Assembly (NCBI GenBank): GCA_963663475.2
Contig: CAXXJV010000001.1
Location: forward strand, 1,600,001 to 1,664,000
Direction of reading: 5' to 3'
Length of the DNA stretch: 64,000 nucleotides
Origin: Candidatus Cloacimonadales bacterium
GTDB taxonomy: Bacteria; Cloacimonadota; Cloacimonadia; Cloacimonadales; JAFGVF01
Shown here: positions 21,731-32,116 of the stretch, piece after piece
Numbering within the stretch: the stretch's first letter is position 1
Layout of the letters: each line of letters starts with the position of its first letter
Program-made: the position numbers and the translations under genes
Notes under the pieces: model-generated
The model's database searches: none
What the model was told of the DNA's origin: nothing
What the model saw: only the letters and a program-made list of their open reading frames with translations

Positions 21731-21880
21731 CCACGCCCCAAAAAGGGGTATAATTTTAGCAAAGTAGGGATTTGGCAGTTTGGATGTTACTGTCAGAAAG
21801 AAAGAAAAAAAGAAGAAGACGGCCTTCTGTTATCCCTCAGACAAGAGAAATCGGCCCTAATCTCTCTCTTTCCATCCCTA

Positions 21881-21943
21881 ATCCTTCCTTTACAGTCTTT
21901 CGATGAAACTGGGACTTTCATCGAAAGACTGTAAAGGAAGGAT
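21881..21943. repeat. perfect 28-bp-arm hairpin (family C, copy 1)
   Basis: atccttcctttacagtctttcgatgaaa-ctgggac-tttcatcgaaagactgtaaaggaaggat. Confidence 0.9.
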
Positions 21944-21975
21944 GAAGGATGATAAGGGTATTGATAAGACTGATC

Positions 21976-22004
21976 TTCCTCAATCCTAGGTAAGGGACTT
22001 CGGA
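21976..22004 (+). repeat. dispersed ~30-bp repeat family D (also 46663-46691 minus, 57752-57780, 59787-59815)
   Basis: ttcctcarycstaggyaagggacttcgg in four intergenic regions. Confidence 0.8.
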
Positions 22005-22076
22005 CAAAAAAATAATAATTTCGCCCTTCCAGGCTTAAGATAAAGCTTTGACTAACATGTACAGGGTCTAACTAAA

Positions 22077-22554
22077 GGCTCTTGTTCAAGTCTGGTGGTA
22101 AATAAGAGACTTTCATTATAGCATATTGCTTGAATAATAGAAAGTTACAAGTAAGAATATACTGTTAAGAGTATGTTTTGTTTGATGATAAGTACTAAAT
22201 CCTGAAGGGATAAGTCTTAAATCCTCAAAGGGGATAAATAGTTTAGCCTAGGGTAAATTCCTGAAGGGAATGCAACCCTGGGTACTGGTGATAAAAAACA
22301 AAGCCTAACCCTGAAAGGGTTAAATAACATCATATATACCATAGACTTATACAATAATATATTATTTATCATTTTATTAAACCCTTACAGGGTAACATCT
22401 TTGGGCTAGCCATCATTACCCAGGGTTGCGATACTTTCAGCATCTTACCCTGGGCTAAATTATTTTATCCCTTTCAGGGATTTTTGATGAATTAATATAG
22501 TAATGAAATATTCTCATTTTCCTATATTATTCCCACCAGACTTGAACTTGAGCC
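22077..22554 (+). mobile_element. MITE family B (478 bp), IS1595-like ends, carrying a CCCTGAAAGGG REP-like inverted doublet
   Basis: TIRs ggctcttgttcaagtctggtgg / ccaccagacttgaacttgagcc; 8-bp TSD TAACTAAA at 22069-22076 and 22555-22562. Confidence 0.85.
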
Positions 22555-22669
22555 TAACTAAATCTGCCTATTAACCAAGATAGTGTAGTAGATCTTTAGT
22601 GAATAGTTTGGATAAAGATATAGAGACTTTACCCCGAATAGTGTTATTCACAGAGGTCTAATGTATTAT

Positions 22670-22830
22670 CCCAAATAATGCAGTAGACCTTTGTGAATAG
22701 CACTATATTCTTCTGCAAAAGTAGCTTCCATAATTTCTCCGAATATATAAAATATATGCGTCAAAATTCTGTAAGCTATTTTGCTAGAATAATCTGCACT
22801 CTTCACTAAAGCTCTACTACACTATCTGGG
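22670..22830 (+). mobile_element. MITE family A copy 3 (161 bp)
   Basis: Near-identical to copies 1 and 2; TSD ATTAT on both sides. Confidence 0.9.
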
Positions 22831-23025
22831 ATTATTAGGATTTAATAAGATTTCTAAATTACCTAGATCTACCTTAGTGTCTGAGACAATTCATGAATGG
22901 TGTGTTTATCAATAGCCTGCTATTGGGCAGCCATTAGTTATCTATTAGTTTTAGATGCAATAGACACAAGATAGACCAGTTATAGATGAACAATTTACAT
23001 AAGAATATCTTGCAGAGAGTTTTTC

Positions 23026-23556
23026 TTACTTTTTACGGTAATAGCGGTCTCTTTCTGAATAAATACAACCACAATATTGCTGTCTATACATACCTTCAGC
23101 TTTAGAAAGTTCGATACCTTCTTTCCAATATTCTCTAAAATCTTGATAGAAGAATTCAACCCCATATTCTTTAGCAAGAGACTGAGCAATTTCAATCATC
23201 AGTTTATGGTTTTGATGTTTAGAGTAGAGTAGGGTAGAAGTAAAGGCATCAAATTTGCCTTTTTTGGCTACAATAGCAGTGTATTTAAGTCTTTCATAGT
23301 AGCATGATATACATCTTTTATTTTCTTTAAAGACAGAGTTTTGAATGAATCTATCTAAGTCATACTCATCTTTTTCAATATAAGGAATCTGGTTTTTTTC
23401 AATAAAATCTCTGAGGGTATCACGTCTTTTAACATACTCGGTATAGGGATGGATATTGTGGTTAAACCAGAAGGCTGTAATATCATGGTCAGCTTTTAAG
23501 TGGGTATAGGGAGCAATGAAGCAAGGGCCACAACAAACATGGATTAGTATTTTCAT
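23026..23556 (-). CDS. queH: epoxyqueuosine reductase QueH (DUF208)
   Basis: HVCCGPC, NIHPYTEY..R, RC..CY..RL, YRQQYCGCIYS. Confidence 0.9.
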   Translation of the reverse strand: MKILIHVCCGPCFIAPYTHLKADHDITAFWFNHNIHPYTEYVKRRDTLRDFIEKNQIPYIEKDEYDLDRFIQNSVFKENKRCISCYYERLKYTAIVAKKGKFDAFTSTLLYSKHQNHKLMIEIAQSLAKEYGVEFFYQDFREYWKEGIELSKAEGMYRQQYCGCIYSERDRYYRKK

Positions 23557-23562
23557 TTTACC

Positions 23563-24321
23563 TCATTTAAATACTTTAATACTTTTTTCTATTTGATCTT
23601 TGAGTAAAAGGTCATAGTGTTTTTCTAAGGCTTTAATAACATTTTCTTCCAATCTATATTCAGGGAAGATATCTGCTAGTTTCTCAACCTTATCTCTAAA
23701 GTCTTCTCTAATATTTTTCTCTTCATAAGGGCAGACATAGTCTAGTTTGGTAAGCCCCTTCCTGTAGAATTGTTTTTGTATCCAGCTTTCTTCAACAAAT
23801 ATCAGAGGTCTAATGACAGCTAAGTCTAACTTATGGTAGTTTAAAATTGGAGGGAATGATTCTATGTTTTGGTGAAGAAGTAAGTTCATAAAGAAGGTAT
23901 CAATAGCATCATCAGCATGGTGTCCATAGGCAATTTTTCTAATTCCCCGTCGATTTATTTCTTCCCACATGGCTTGTCTTTTTATTCTTGCACAGGAGTA
24001 ACATATATGGGGATAATTGACAACTTTTTCCATATTAATTTTAAGGACAACTAATTCAATATCTAACATGTCACAGAGGTCTTGTATAGCTTTAGTATCG
24101 TAGTCTGAAGTTCTTACATGCAGTCCTATTAAGTCAAAATTAAGATAGGAATACTTGCTAATATACCATAATAAGTAAAGGAGACAAGCACTATCTTTAC
24201 CACCAGATAGAGCAACTGCTACTTTTTCATTATCAGCAATCAGTTGATACTTTCTGATTGTCCGAATAATTCTACTAACAACCCGTTTAATTGATTTGTC
24301 GAAACTTAAATTATCTTGCAT
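23563..24321 (-). CDS. ttcA: TtcA-family tRNA thiolation protein (PP-loop)
   Basis: SGGKDS, CYSCAR, GHHADD, IRPL. Confidence 0.75.
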   Translation of the reverse strand: MQDNLSFDKSIKRVVSRIIRTIRKYQLIADNEKVAVALSGGKDSACLLYLLWYISKYSYLNFDLIGLHVRTSDYDTKAIQDLCDMLDIELVVLKINMEKVVNYPHICYSCARIKRQAMWEEINRRGIRKIAYGHHADDAIDTFFMNLLLHQNIESFPPILNYHKLDLAVIRPLIFVEESWIQKQFYRKGLTKLDYVCPYEEKNIREDFRDKVEKLADIFPEYRLEENVIKALEKHYDLLLKDQIEKSIKVFK

Positions 24322-24337
24322 TTTTTCATGAGTTAAG

Positions 24338-24368
24338 AAAAGCGGTAGAATAAGACTACCGCTTTCTA
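24338..24368 (-). terminator. hairpin after ackA
   Basis: aaagcggtag-aataaga-ctaccgcttt. Confidence 0.6.
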
Positions 24369-24372
24369 TAAG

Positions 24373-25575
24373 TTAAAATATTAGTTGGTAGGTATCCGAA
24401 GCAATTTGTAATTCTTCGTTTGTTGGCATTACTAGAATAGTAACAGGGGAGTATGGTTCTGAGATAATACCAGCTTTTCCGCCTACTTCTTTATTCTTTT
24501 TAGTATCAATATGAACACCAATATTTTGCATTCTCTTACAGATTCTTTCTCGCATTTTGACACCATATTGGCCAACACCACCAGTGAAAACAAGGATATC
24601 AACTTTGACTAAGTTAGCTGAATATGAACCAATATACTTTCTCACTCTGTAAGCATAAGCATCTAAGGCTTCAATTGCTCTTTCATCTCCTGCTTCTGCA
24701 GCAGCCTCAATATCTCTTAAATCATTGGAAATACCTGTCATACCTAGTAATCCACTTTTCTTATTAAGAATATTATTAAGGTCTTGGCTACTATAACCTC
24801 TTTCCATTAAGAAGAAGACTATTGAAGGATCAATATCACCAGATCTTGTCCCCATTAGTAAGCCAGCTAGAGGGGTAAATCCCATAGAAGTATCTACTGA
24901 TTCTCCATTCATAATTGAAGTAATTGAAGCTCCATTACCTAGGTGGCAAGTGATAATATTTGTGTTTACTGCATTTCTCTTACACATTTCTAAGGCTTTA
25001 AGGGCTACATAACGGTGACTAGTCCCGTGGAAACCATAACGTCTTATTTTAAATTTATCATAGAACTCATGAGGAATGCCATATAGGTAGGCAGCTGGAG
25101 GTAAAGTCTGGTGGAAAGCAGTATCAAAAACAGCTACTTGCTTAACATTTTCTAGTAATTTTGCACTCTCTTTAATTCCTGTAAGATTGGCAGGATTATG
25201 GAGAGGTGCTAGCTCAGAGTTCTTTTCGATAGACTCAATAACTTTATCATCTATGATTACGGAAGCAGAATAGTCTTCACCACCATGTACTACTCGATGA
25301 CCGACACCTTCAATCTCAGAGATGTCTTTTAGAATACCTAGTTTTTCATCAGTTAAAGCATAGGCAACTAACTCCATTGCAGCTTGATGATCTTTAATAG
25401 CGGTTACTAAATCATAAGTACCCTTACTACTCTCTTGACAGATATGTCCTTCTTCTTCTCCAATTCTTTCAACAAGGCCTTTACCAAGACTTTCTTGGCT
25501 AGGCATGAGATAGACTTCATATTTCAACGAAGAGCTTCCACAGTTGATGACAAGTATCTTTTTTGTGTTATCCAT
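24373..25575 (-). CDS. ackA: acetate kinase
   Basis: ILVINCGSSSLK, GHRVVHGG, APLHNP, YGFHGTSH, TNEE. Confidence 0.96.
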   Translation of the reverse strand: MDNTKKILVINCGSSSLKYEVYLMPSQESLGKGLVERIGEEEGHICQESSKGTYDLVTAIKDHQAAMELVAYALTDEKLGILKDISEIEGVGHRVVHGGEDYSASVIIDDKVIESIEKNSELAPLHNPANLTGIKESAKLLENVKQVAVFDTAFHQTLPPAAYLYGIPHEFYDKFKIRRYGFHGTSHRYVALKALEMCKRNAVNTNIITCHLGNGASITSIMNGESVDTSMGFTPLAGLLMGTRSGDIDPSIVFFLMERGYSSQDLNNILNKKSGLLGMTGISNDLRDIEAAAEAGDERAIEALDAYAYRVRKYIGSYSANLVKVDILVFTGGVGQYGVKMRERICKRMQNIGVHIDTKKNKEVGGKAGIISEPYSPVTILVMPTNEELQIASDTYQLIF

Positions 25576-25599
25576 TTAGAACTCCTAAGATATTTATTA

Positions 25600-28500
25600 T
25601 TATTTTAGGAAAAGTATTTTTTTCAGGGTAGAAGTGTCAACCGTTTTATATCTTACAAAATAGATTCCTGAGGCAAGGTCATTTCTATTCCTTTGAAAGA
25701 TTGGTATTTGAATAACATTACTGTCTGTACTTTTTATTAGGCCATTAGCAGAATATACCTTCTGTCCTTTAATATTATAGACACTTATTTGATAATCATC
25801 ACCAATCTTACCCTGGTGTTCTAAGGATAAAGGATTATTTCGGATAGGATTAGGATAGATTCTTATATGGTTTGCTAAGGCAGGAACATCTTCTTGATTA
25901 CTAACATTTTGGTCAGAATGACTTAATCTCATGTCATCGAGGAAAATGCCAAGTTCTGGATCTTGAAGATAGTTATTAGTGACACTTGAATCTTCTAGAT
26001 AAGTGAAGCTAAATCTGAGAGTAAATTGACTTCCCAACTCTGGTTTATCAAGTAGAAGATCCCCTAGAGTTAATGAATATTCAGCCCAATCAGAAAAAAT
26101 AAAATCTTCTGGATCTCTAGTATTACTTCCTAATGCACCACCTGAACCTAAGAAGATAATTCTTTCTTCTATTTCATCTGTAAGAACATAGATAGAAAAG
26201 CCATCTTGCCCATACATAGGCATTTTGTACTTATATTTAAAAGAGATGTTTATATCATCAGTGTAGGTGAGAAGTGGTAAGTCTAAATCATATCTACCGT
26301 AATCACTTGGATAACAGGTTAGAGAGTAATCACCAGAATAAGCTTGGTCATTTGTTCTTTGCCAAGCAGATTCTTGGAACCAAAGAGGACTACTTTCAAA
26401 GTTGTCATATAGTGATTGCTGTCCAACTGAAAAATGGTGATTATAAGTAACTTGCTGATTATCCCAGTAATCATTCTCAAGAGTTAATACAATATCCATC
26501 GAAGCAATATCAAGATTTTCAACTAGAGTAAGATCAGAACCCAAGTCTGCTTCTTGTCCAGGTTCAAGTGTATATCTCATAGGTAAGACAACTCCTATAT
26601 TCAAGTTGTCAGATAGATACTCTACTTCAGTTATATCAAGAGTATAATTTGAGGTGTTTTTTACCTGAAAAGAAAAAACATTATAATCATTATAAACAAG
26701 CGGGTAAGGTGAAAGACTGAAATCTGTCATAATTATCTCAGGTTTTGCTAAATCAACATTAATAAATTTTCTATCAAGAACTTCATTACTAGTATTAGAA
26801 TAGAGCTCTAAAGTAATGGTTTCACTGTTAGGCTGGTCAATTTCAATATTAATCCAATTTGACTCAAGACCAGCAGTTAGATTACCAGAACTTTGGCCTA
26901 GGATAGTATCATTTTCTTTTACTCTTAGGTCCCAGGCTAAATCAATATCAAGAGCATTTCTAATTTTGCAACTGACCATTCTATTAGTATTGGGAGTAAT
27001 AGGTCCTTGTGCTTGAAAATCACTTATTATACTGGCATAAGTTGTCTCTAAAAGAAGCTCTTGCATCTTGAAGCCAGGCTTGTAGAGTGAAATTAATCCT
27101 CCTGGTTCAGACATAAATGTTGCTATTCCGTTAGCATCTGTCCAAACATAAGTATTTTCATTAACAGTAATAACAACATTTTCCAGTGGTTCTTGATTAT
27201 AAGATAGGAAAGCGGTATAGTTATCTCCCTCAGAGTAATAATCTATCTGAAATTCTTTAGGTTCATCTATGAAGAGCTGATAATAGCTGTCTCCTAAGGT
27301 ATTAAGTTGATAGGAACACCATTTATAGACAGATGTGCCAGTTTGATAAGGTATGAAGGGTATTTTTTGCAACTGATTAACTAGAGCGATGTTTCTTTCT
27401 TCTGCTTGGAAAAGGAGGCGACTAAACTCTTTTTGATAGAATTCGGAGAAACCAAAACCATCTGCTGAAGGAGCCCCCCAGCCATAACGTGAATTTCCTA
27501 CAAAAGCTGTAATTCCATGTTCAGGAACTCTTACTAACTTCTCGGCTATAGCATCAAATTCTAAAGCTGCAGCCCAACAACCAATTGAATACATGACTCC
27601 AGCATAATCATTTTCCATATTATTAACAAAAGAGTCATTGATTGTTCCATCTCCTAAAGCTATAACATGCCAAAAGCAGTGGCCAGTATGCTGTATTATA
27701 TTAGGATTTCTATTAAAGTTAAGTTGAGCATTAGCTACTGTATTTTCCTCTTCATTGATTATTACATTATTAATGAAGTCTGGGTAATACATATCTTCGA
27801 TATATTCTTGGACGTAAACAGAATTAGATTCATCCCATAAATTTTGTGATAAACCAAGTCCTTGAGAATAGTCTTGCTGATAACCTAATTCATAAGCAAT
27901 AAGCTTACTAACCATAGCCTGAACTTGGGAAATGTTATTCATAGCAGGAAGTCTTCCAATGATTAATTCTGGGAAATTATCAACTTGATCATCATCTTCT
28001 CCATAAAGATTATTTTGATTAGCGTTCCAATCTCCATTGAGGTTAGCATAATAGATATCACCTGGAATATGGTTTTCATCTTCTAAACCAAAATTACAAT
28101 CAAAAGCCCACAATCTTCTCTCTGGTATATGGTTAGTATCTCCAGCTAAAGTAACATAATCAATCGGGTTCTCTTGGTATTCAGCAACAAGGTAATTTCT
28201 AATTTTCTCAGCATTATCTTGTCCTGTATAATTAGCATAAATATATTCACAGCTAGTAGTCAAGACTTCTAGACCTTGCTTCTTTCTATGCTGAATAAGT
28301 GGTTGATAAGCAGATTCAAAAACCTGAGGATAGATTAACAAGTATCTTTCTTGACCTGCTTGTCTATTATAAGGTAAATTTAAGCTTTTATGAAATTCTC
28401 TAGTAATCCGAGAATCAGGCATCTTTTTAGCGTATGGGTTAGGGGAAAGACTAATATCTACTGTGAAGCTTTCAGCTTGGAGAAGCTGATTATTTTGGCT

Positions 28501-28947
28501 ATCATAGCCACTGGCATAAAGAGCTATATAAGCAATATTCTTACTACCTGACATATTAGAACCAACATTATAAAGCCATTCTTTAGGGAAATCAGGGCCA
28601 TTATACACTTGTGGTTTAGTAACTATATTTTCTGTTTGACTGAGGATTACTTGCTGTGGTTGCTTGAGTAGGGCTTGCGATAGACTAATATTCTTTATAG
28701 AATTAGCTTTGATAGAAACTGATTCTACTTTAGTAAATTCTGGTATTTCAAAATAATGGGTAAGAATAGGTATAGCAGGATCATTCTGATTGCCTGAATA
28801 ATAACTCCTTTCTTGTAAAATCCTAACACCTTCTGCAGTACTTTGCATGCTAATATCTGGATTATCAATTGTAAAAGTCAGACTTGTAGCTGCTAAGGAG
28901 CTCAGAGCAACAAGAACTAATAATAAAATACTAATGTTTTTTTTCAT
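25600..28947 (-). CDS. secreted C25 (gingipain/PorU-like) peptidase with C-terminal sorting domain
   Basis: Signal peptide from MKKNIS; YVTLAGD, DIYYANLNGDW, IGRLP, HTGH, IGC; C-terminal IYPNP...VYNIKGQKV...ASGIYF. Confidence 0.85.
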   Translation of the reverse strand: MKKNISILLLVLVALSSLAATSLTFTIDNPDISMQSTAEGVRILQERSYYSGNQNDPAIPILTHYFEIPEFTKVESVSIKANSIKNISLSQALLKQPQQVILSQTENIVTKPQVYNGPDFPKEWLYNVGSNMSGSKNIAYIALYASGYDSQNNQLLQAESFTVDISLSPNPYAKKMPDSRITREFHKSLNLPYNRQAGQERYLLIYPQVFESAYQPLIQHRKKQGLEVLTTSCEYIYANYTGQDNAEKIRNYLVAEYQENPIDYVTLAGDTNHIPERRLWAFDCNFGLEDENHIPGDIYYANLNGDWNANQNNLYGEDDDQVDNFPELIIGRLPAMNNISQVQAMVSKLIAYELGYQQDYSQGLGLSQNLWDESNSVYVQEYIEDMYYPDFINNVIINEEENTVANAQLNFNRNPNIIQHTGHCFWHVIALGDGTINDSFVNNMENDYAGVMYSIGCWAAALEFDAIAEKLVRVPEHGITAFVGNSRYGWGAPSADGFGFSEFYQKEFSRLLFQAEERNIALVNQLQKIPFIPYQTGTSVYKWCSYQLNTLGDSYYQLFIDEPKEFQIDYYSEGDNYTAFLSYNQEPLENVVITVNENTYVWTDANGIATFMSEPGGLISLYKPGFKMQELLLETTYASIISDFQAQGPITPNTNRMVSCKIRNALDIDLAWDLRVKENDTILGQSSGNLTAGLESNWINIEIDQPNSETITLELYSNTSNEVLDRKFINVDLAKPEIIMTDFSLSPYPLVYNDYNVFSFQVKNTSNYTLDITEVEYLSDNLNIGVVLPMRYTLEPGQEADLGSDLTLVENLDIASMDIVLTLENDYWDNQQVTYNHHFSVGQQSLYDNFESSPLWFQESAWQRTNDQAYSGDYSLTCYPSDYGRYDLDLPLLTYTDDINISFKYKYKMPMYGQDGFSIYVLTDEIEERIIFLGSGGALGSNTRDPEDFIFSDWAEYSLTLGDLLLDKPELGSQFTLRFSFTYLEDSSVTNNYLQDPELGIFLDDMRLSHSDQNVSNQEDVPALANHIRIYPNPIRNNPLSLEHQGKIGDDYQISVYNIKGQKVYSANGLIKSTDSNVIQIPIFQRNRNDLASGIYFVRYKTVDTSTLKKILFLK

Positions 28948-29055
28948 TATTCCCTCTTTAAGGTTAAATCCAAACAAGGCAGTAGATCATTTCCTATAGC
29001 TTTATATTCTTCCTTAGGTTGGTAGAGTTTGCTACTTTCTCATTTAGACTAAAGA

Positions 29056-32000
29056 TTAAAATTCTTCATAGATACTAAAGAAATAGGTAGGCTTACCAAA
29101 TTTATCAAGATCAGTATCCCAGGCAAAATCGAATTTTAAGACAAGGTAGCCTAGACTAAATCTAGGACCAAAACCTACGCCCATTTTTATATCTTTTAGC
29201 TTATTATCTTCAACAGCATCAAAGCTATAATTTCCACGGTCATAATCATTTTCACCCCAGATAACACCTAGGTCAGTGAAAACTGCTCCTCTTACATTAC
29301 CAAAGATTATTGGAAGTGGGAAGGCAACATCTATATAATCTAAGAAAGGAAATCTTAGCTCAAGACTAGTAAGCAGTTTGTTCTTTCTACCTGGCTCATC
29401 ATCGTAATAGCCTCTAACTCCATTATAAGAATCTAATTCAAACTCATATGCTCCTTTTCCTCTAGAAAAACCACCTAAAAGTCTGCCAGCAATAGCATAA
29501 CGCTTGTTAAAGAACTTATAAGCACGAAGGTCAAAATAATTAGTAATGTTTTCTTCTTCTTTACTACCAATATCAGCCTGTAAGGTATAAATACCCCTCC
29601 AACCCATCAAAGGACCAGTTGGACCATAAAGAGAGTTGTCATGAACTATTGAAAGGGTAGGACGGTAGATATTATAATCTTCTTTGACAAAGGAAGATGA
29701 AATCTCTGTACCAGCACTTTGCCAATTCTCTTCAAAATCATAAGATACATCCCAATCTGATTTATACCTAAAAACTAAATTGGTAAGCTCTATTCTCCAA
29801 AACTTATTGATAGGGTAGTTAGTCATCAGACTTAGTCCCATTTGTTGTTCGTTTTCTCTATAAAAGATATTCTCATAAACTGAGTTTCTGTAGATTGACT
29901 GAGAATTTAAGTAATGAACCCCAATACCAAAGTCAAGTCTATAAGGTAGGTAGAGGTAGCGGAGAGATAAACTAGAATCATCAAGTTTACCAGCCAAACC
30001 TAAGTTAATACCTAAACCATGATTACCCATTAAGTCACTTAAACTAGCTTGCACAAAGCCTACAGCTCCATCAGAAGATGAATAACCAGCCCCACCCCAG
30101 ATATTATCAAGTCTGAACTTGACTCTATAATCCTGAATAGTAGGTGTGACTCTTAAGGAGTCTGGCACATCATCAATCTGAAAGTTATTCATAAACACAA
30201 GGCTATCAGGTTTTTCTACACTTCTATTTTTATTAAAATCAACTATTGTACCTTTAAAGTTTCTCAAATCAACCGCTACTTTCTCAAAATCTCTCTTTGT
30301 TTTACCAATTTGTAGGTACCTAGCTTCATTAAAGAAAAGTCTTCTATCATTGTTAAAGGCTACAGAACTAGGAGGGGGATAGGCTTCAAAGCTAAGATCA
30401 TCAAGGGGGAAATCACAATAATAGAGGTCCCAACCCCTGTCATGATAATTAGAATACAACAACTTAGATTTATTAAAGCTTAAATCATAGTCTAAAACAC
30501 CTGAAATAACCTTGGTAACTCTAGCTTTTTGATGATTAACTAGGTCTAGTAGGTAAATATTTGAGAGGTTTTCATCACTAATAACTAGGAGACTATCATG
30601 GCTAGTACCAACCCATTGGGCTTGCTTATAGTTATCTTGTCCATAAGTAACTTGTTCAAAACTATTACTTAAAATATCATAAATATAGATGTGGTTGGTA
30701 AGTCCTGAAAAGTAACCATCTCGCAAGCGAGGATTAACAACTCGTTCAGAAGTAAATACTATCTTGGTACCATCATAAGAAAAATTAGCTTGTCTATTGA
30801 AATAAATATCATCAGTAATTTTCTTAAGTTCTTTACTGGTAAGGTCATAAATATAAAGGTCTGTTTGGAAGTTAGTGGCAGCTGAGAAGACAATTTTATC
30901 AGCTTGATTTGAGATATCAATTTCAAAGATAGATTCAATATCAGGGAAGTAGATTTGATCGATAAGATGCCCATTAATATCCATGAAATAAATCTTATCA
31001 TTTTTAGCAGTTTTAGCTACAAAGGCAAACTTTTTACCATCTGGAAACAAAGAAAGATTGTTCTTATCATAGTTAAAGCCTTCAAATTTACCACTTGCTT
31101 CTCCAGTAAATATTTTTTTGTTGTTTTTTTCAGGTTCATAGAAGGTACCTAGCCAAACAGATTGACGCCAGTTCCTATCAGTAAAATAGATATAGTGAGA
31201 ACCATCAGGACTAATCTTACCACCATAATTACGAGAACCACCATCTTTCTCATGGTCTGTTAGTCTTTCACTTACTTCATAAGGCATCTTTAAATCAAGC
31301 AAGTAGGGGAGATACTTACGTTTTAAGTAATTTTTCCAGCTTAATTCTAAGTTATGGAAAGTCATACCAAATAAATTTTGAGCAACTTCGTCAGCATTTC
31401 CTTGATTTCTGAAAGCGTAAAAGAGTTCCATTACTTTATCTCTGCCATATTCACTATTGATAAAGTTCAAAAATGATTCACCTTGCCTATAAGCAAAATA
31501 ACCACCTACTTGTTCAAGAGGTTGAAGTTTATCATTGAGGACTAAATCAAGAATAAACATGTCATTATATTTTTCTTGTCCTACTAAGGAGAGAAATTCA
31601 GGGAGTCCTTCAGTAAACCAGAAAGGTAATCTACTATTAGTTGAGCCATAGGAACCTTTGAGAATAGTCTGATTATCAAGAGCATTAATATAGGCATGGG
31701 TAAGCTCATGAGTAAGAACATCCTCTAAGTCTTTGTAGGAACCATTAAAGGGGATAACTACTCTATTTTTATAGCTTTCTGTGAAACCACCAACCCCTTC
31801 TGATAAAAGCTGGGTGATAACATTAGTTGTCATGAAATCTTGTTGAGAAGGATAGACTATTAAAGGTATTCTACCTCTAAGAGGGATATTAAAATCTTCA
31901 CGGAGATAATAATAAGTATCTTCAGCTAAGACACTGACTAGTTTTCCAAATTCATCACTAGCTTTAGGGAAATAGACATCAAAGTGGATAGTATTTATTT

Positions 32001-32106
32001 CAGACCATTCTTCTTTAACATCTTGAATCTTATTTCTTCCGAAGTATTGGCCATTAAGGATAAGTATATTAAGTAAAATTAGGACAATAAATAGATACTT
32101 TTTCAA
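29056..32106 (-). CDS. Omp85/BamA-TamA family barrel fused to an HEXXH metallopeptidase-like domain and a TolB/PD40 propeller
   Basis: QYFGRNK N-terminus, HELTH...WFTEGLPE, SPDG/FPDG repeats, VRGY lid motif, ELRFP, terminal Phe. Confidence 0.85.
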   Translation of the reverse strand: MKKYLFIVLILLNILILNGQYFGRNKIQDVKEEWSEINTIHFDVYFPKASDEFGKLVSVLAEDTYYYLREDFNIPLRGRIPLIVYPSQQDFMTTNVITQLLSEGVGGFTESYKNRVVIPFNGSYKDLEDVLTHELTHAYINALDNQTILKGSYGSTNSRLPFWFTEGLPEFLSLVGQEKYNDMFILDLVLNDKLQPLEQVGGYFAYRQGESFLNFINSEYGRDKVMELFYAFRNQGNADEVAQNLFGMTFHNLELSWKNYLKRKYLPYLLDLKMPYEVSERLTDHEKDGGSRNYGGKISPDGSHYIYFTDRNWRQSVWLGTFYEPEKNNKKIFTGEASGKFEGFNYDKNNLSLFPDGKKFAFVAKTAKNDKIYFMDINGHLIDQIYFPDIESIFEIDISNQADKIVFSAATNFQTDLYIYDLTSKELKKITDDIYFNRQANFSYDGTKIVFTSERVVNPRLRDGYFSGLTNHIYIYDILSNSFEQVTYGQDNYKQAQWVGTSHDSLLVISDENLSNIYLLDLVNHQKARVTKVISGVLDYDLSFNKSKLLYSNYHDRGWDLYYCDFPLDDLSFEAYPPPSSVAFNNDRRLFFNEARYLQIGKTKRDFEKVAVDLRNFKGTIVDFNKNRSVEKPDSLVFMNNFQIDDVPDSLRVTPTIQDYRVKFRLDNIWGGAGYSSSDGAVGFVQASLSDLMGNHGLGINLGLAGKLDDSSLSLRYLYLPYRLDFGIGVHYLNSQSIYRNSVYENIFYRENEQQMGLSLMTNYPINKFWRIELTNLVFRYKSDWDVSYDFEENWQSAGTEISSSFVKEDYNIYRPTLSIVHDNSLYGPTGPLMGWRGIYTLQADIGSKEEENITNYFDLRAYKFFNKRYAIAGRLLGGFSRGKGAYEFELDSYNGVRGYYDDEPGRKNKLLTSLELRFPFLDYIDVAFPLPIIFGNVRGAVFTDLGVIWGENDYDRGNYSFDAVEDNKLKDIKMGVGFGPRFSLGYLVLKFDFAWDTDLDKFGKPTYFFSIYEEF

Positions 32107-32116
32107 TGTTATCTCC

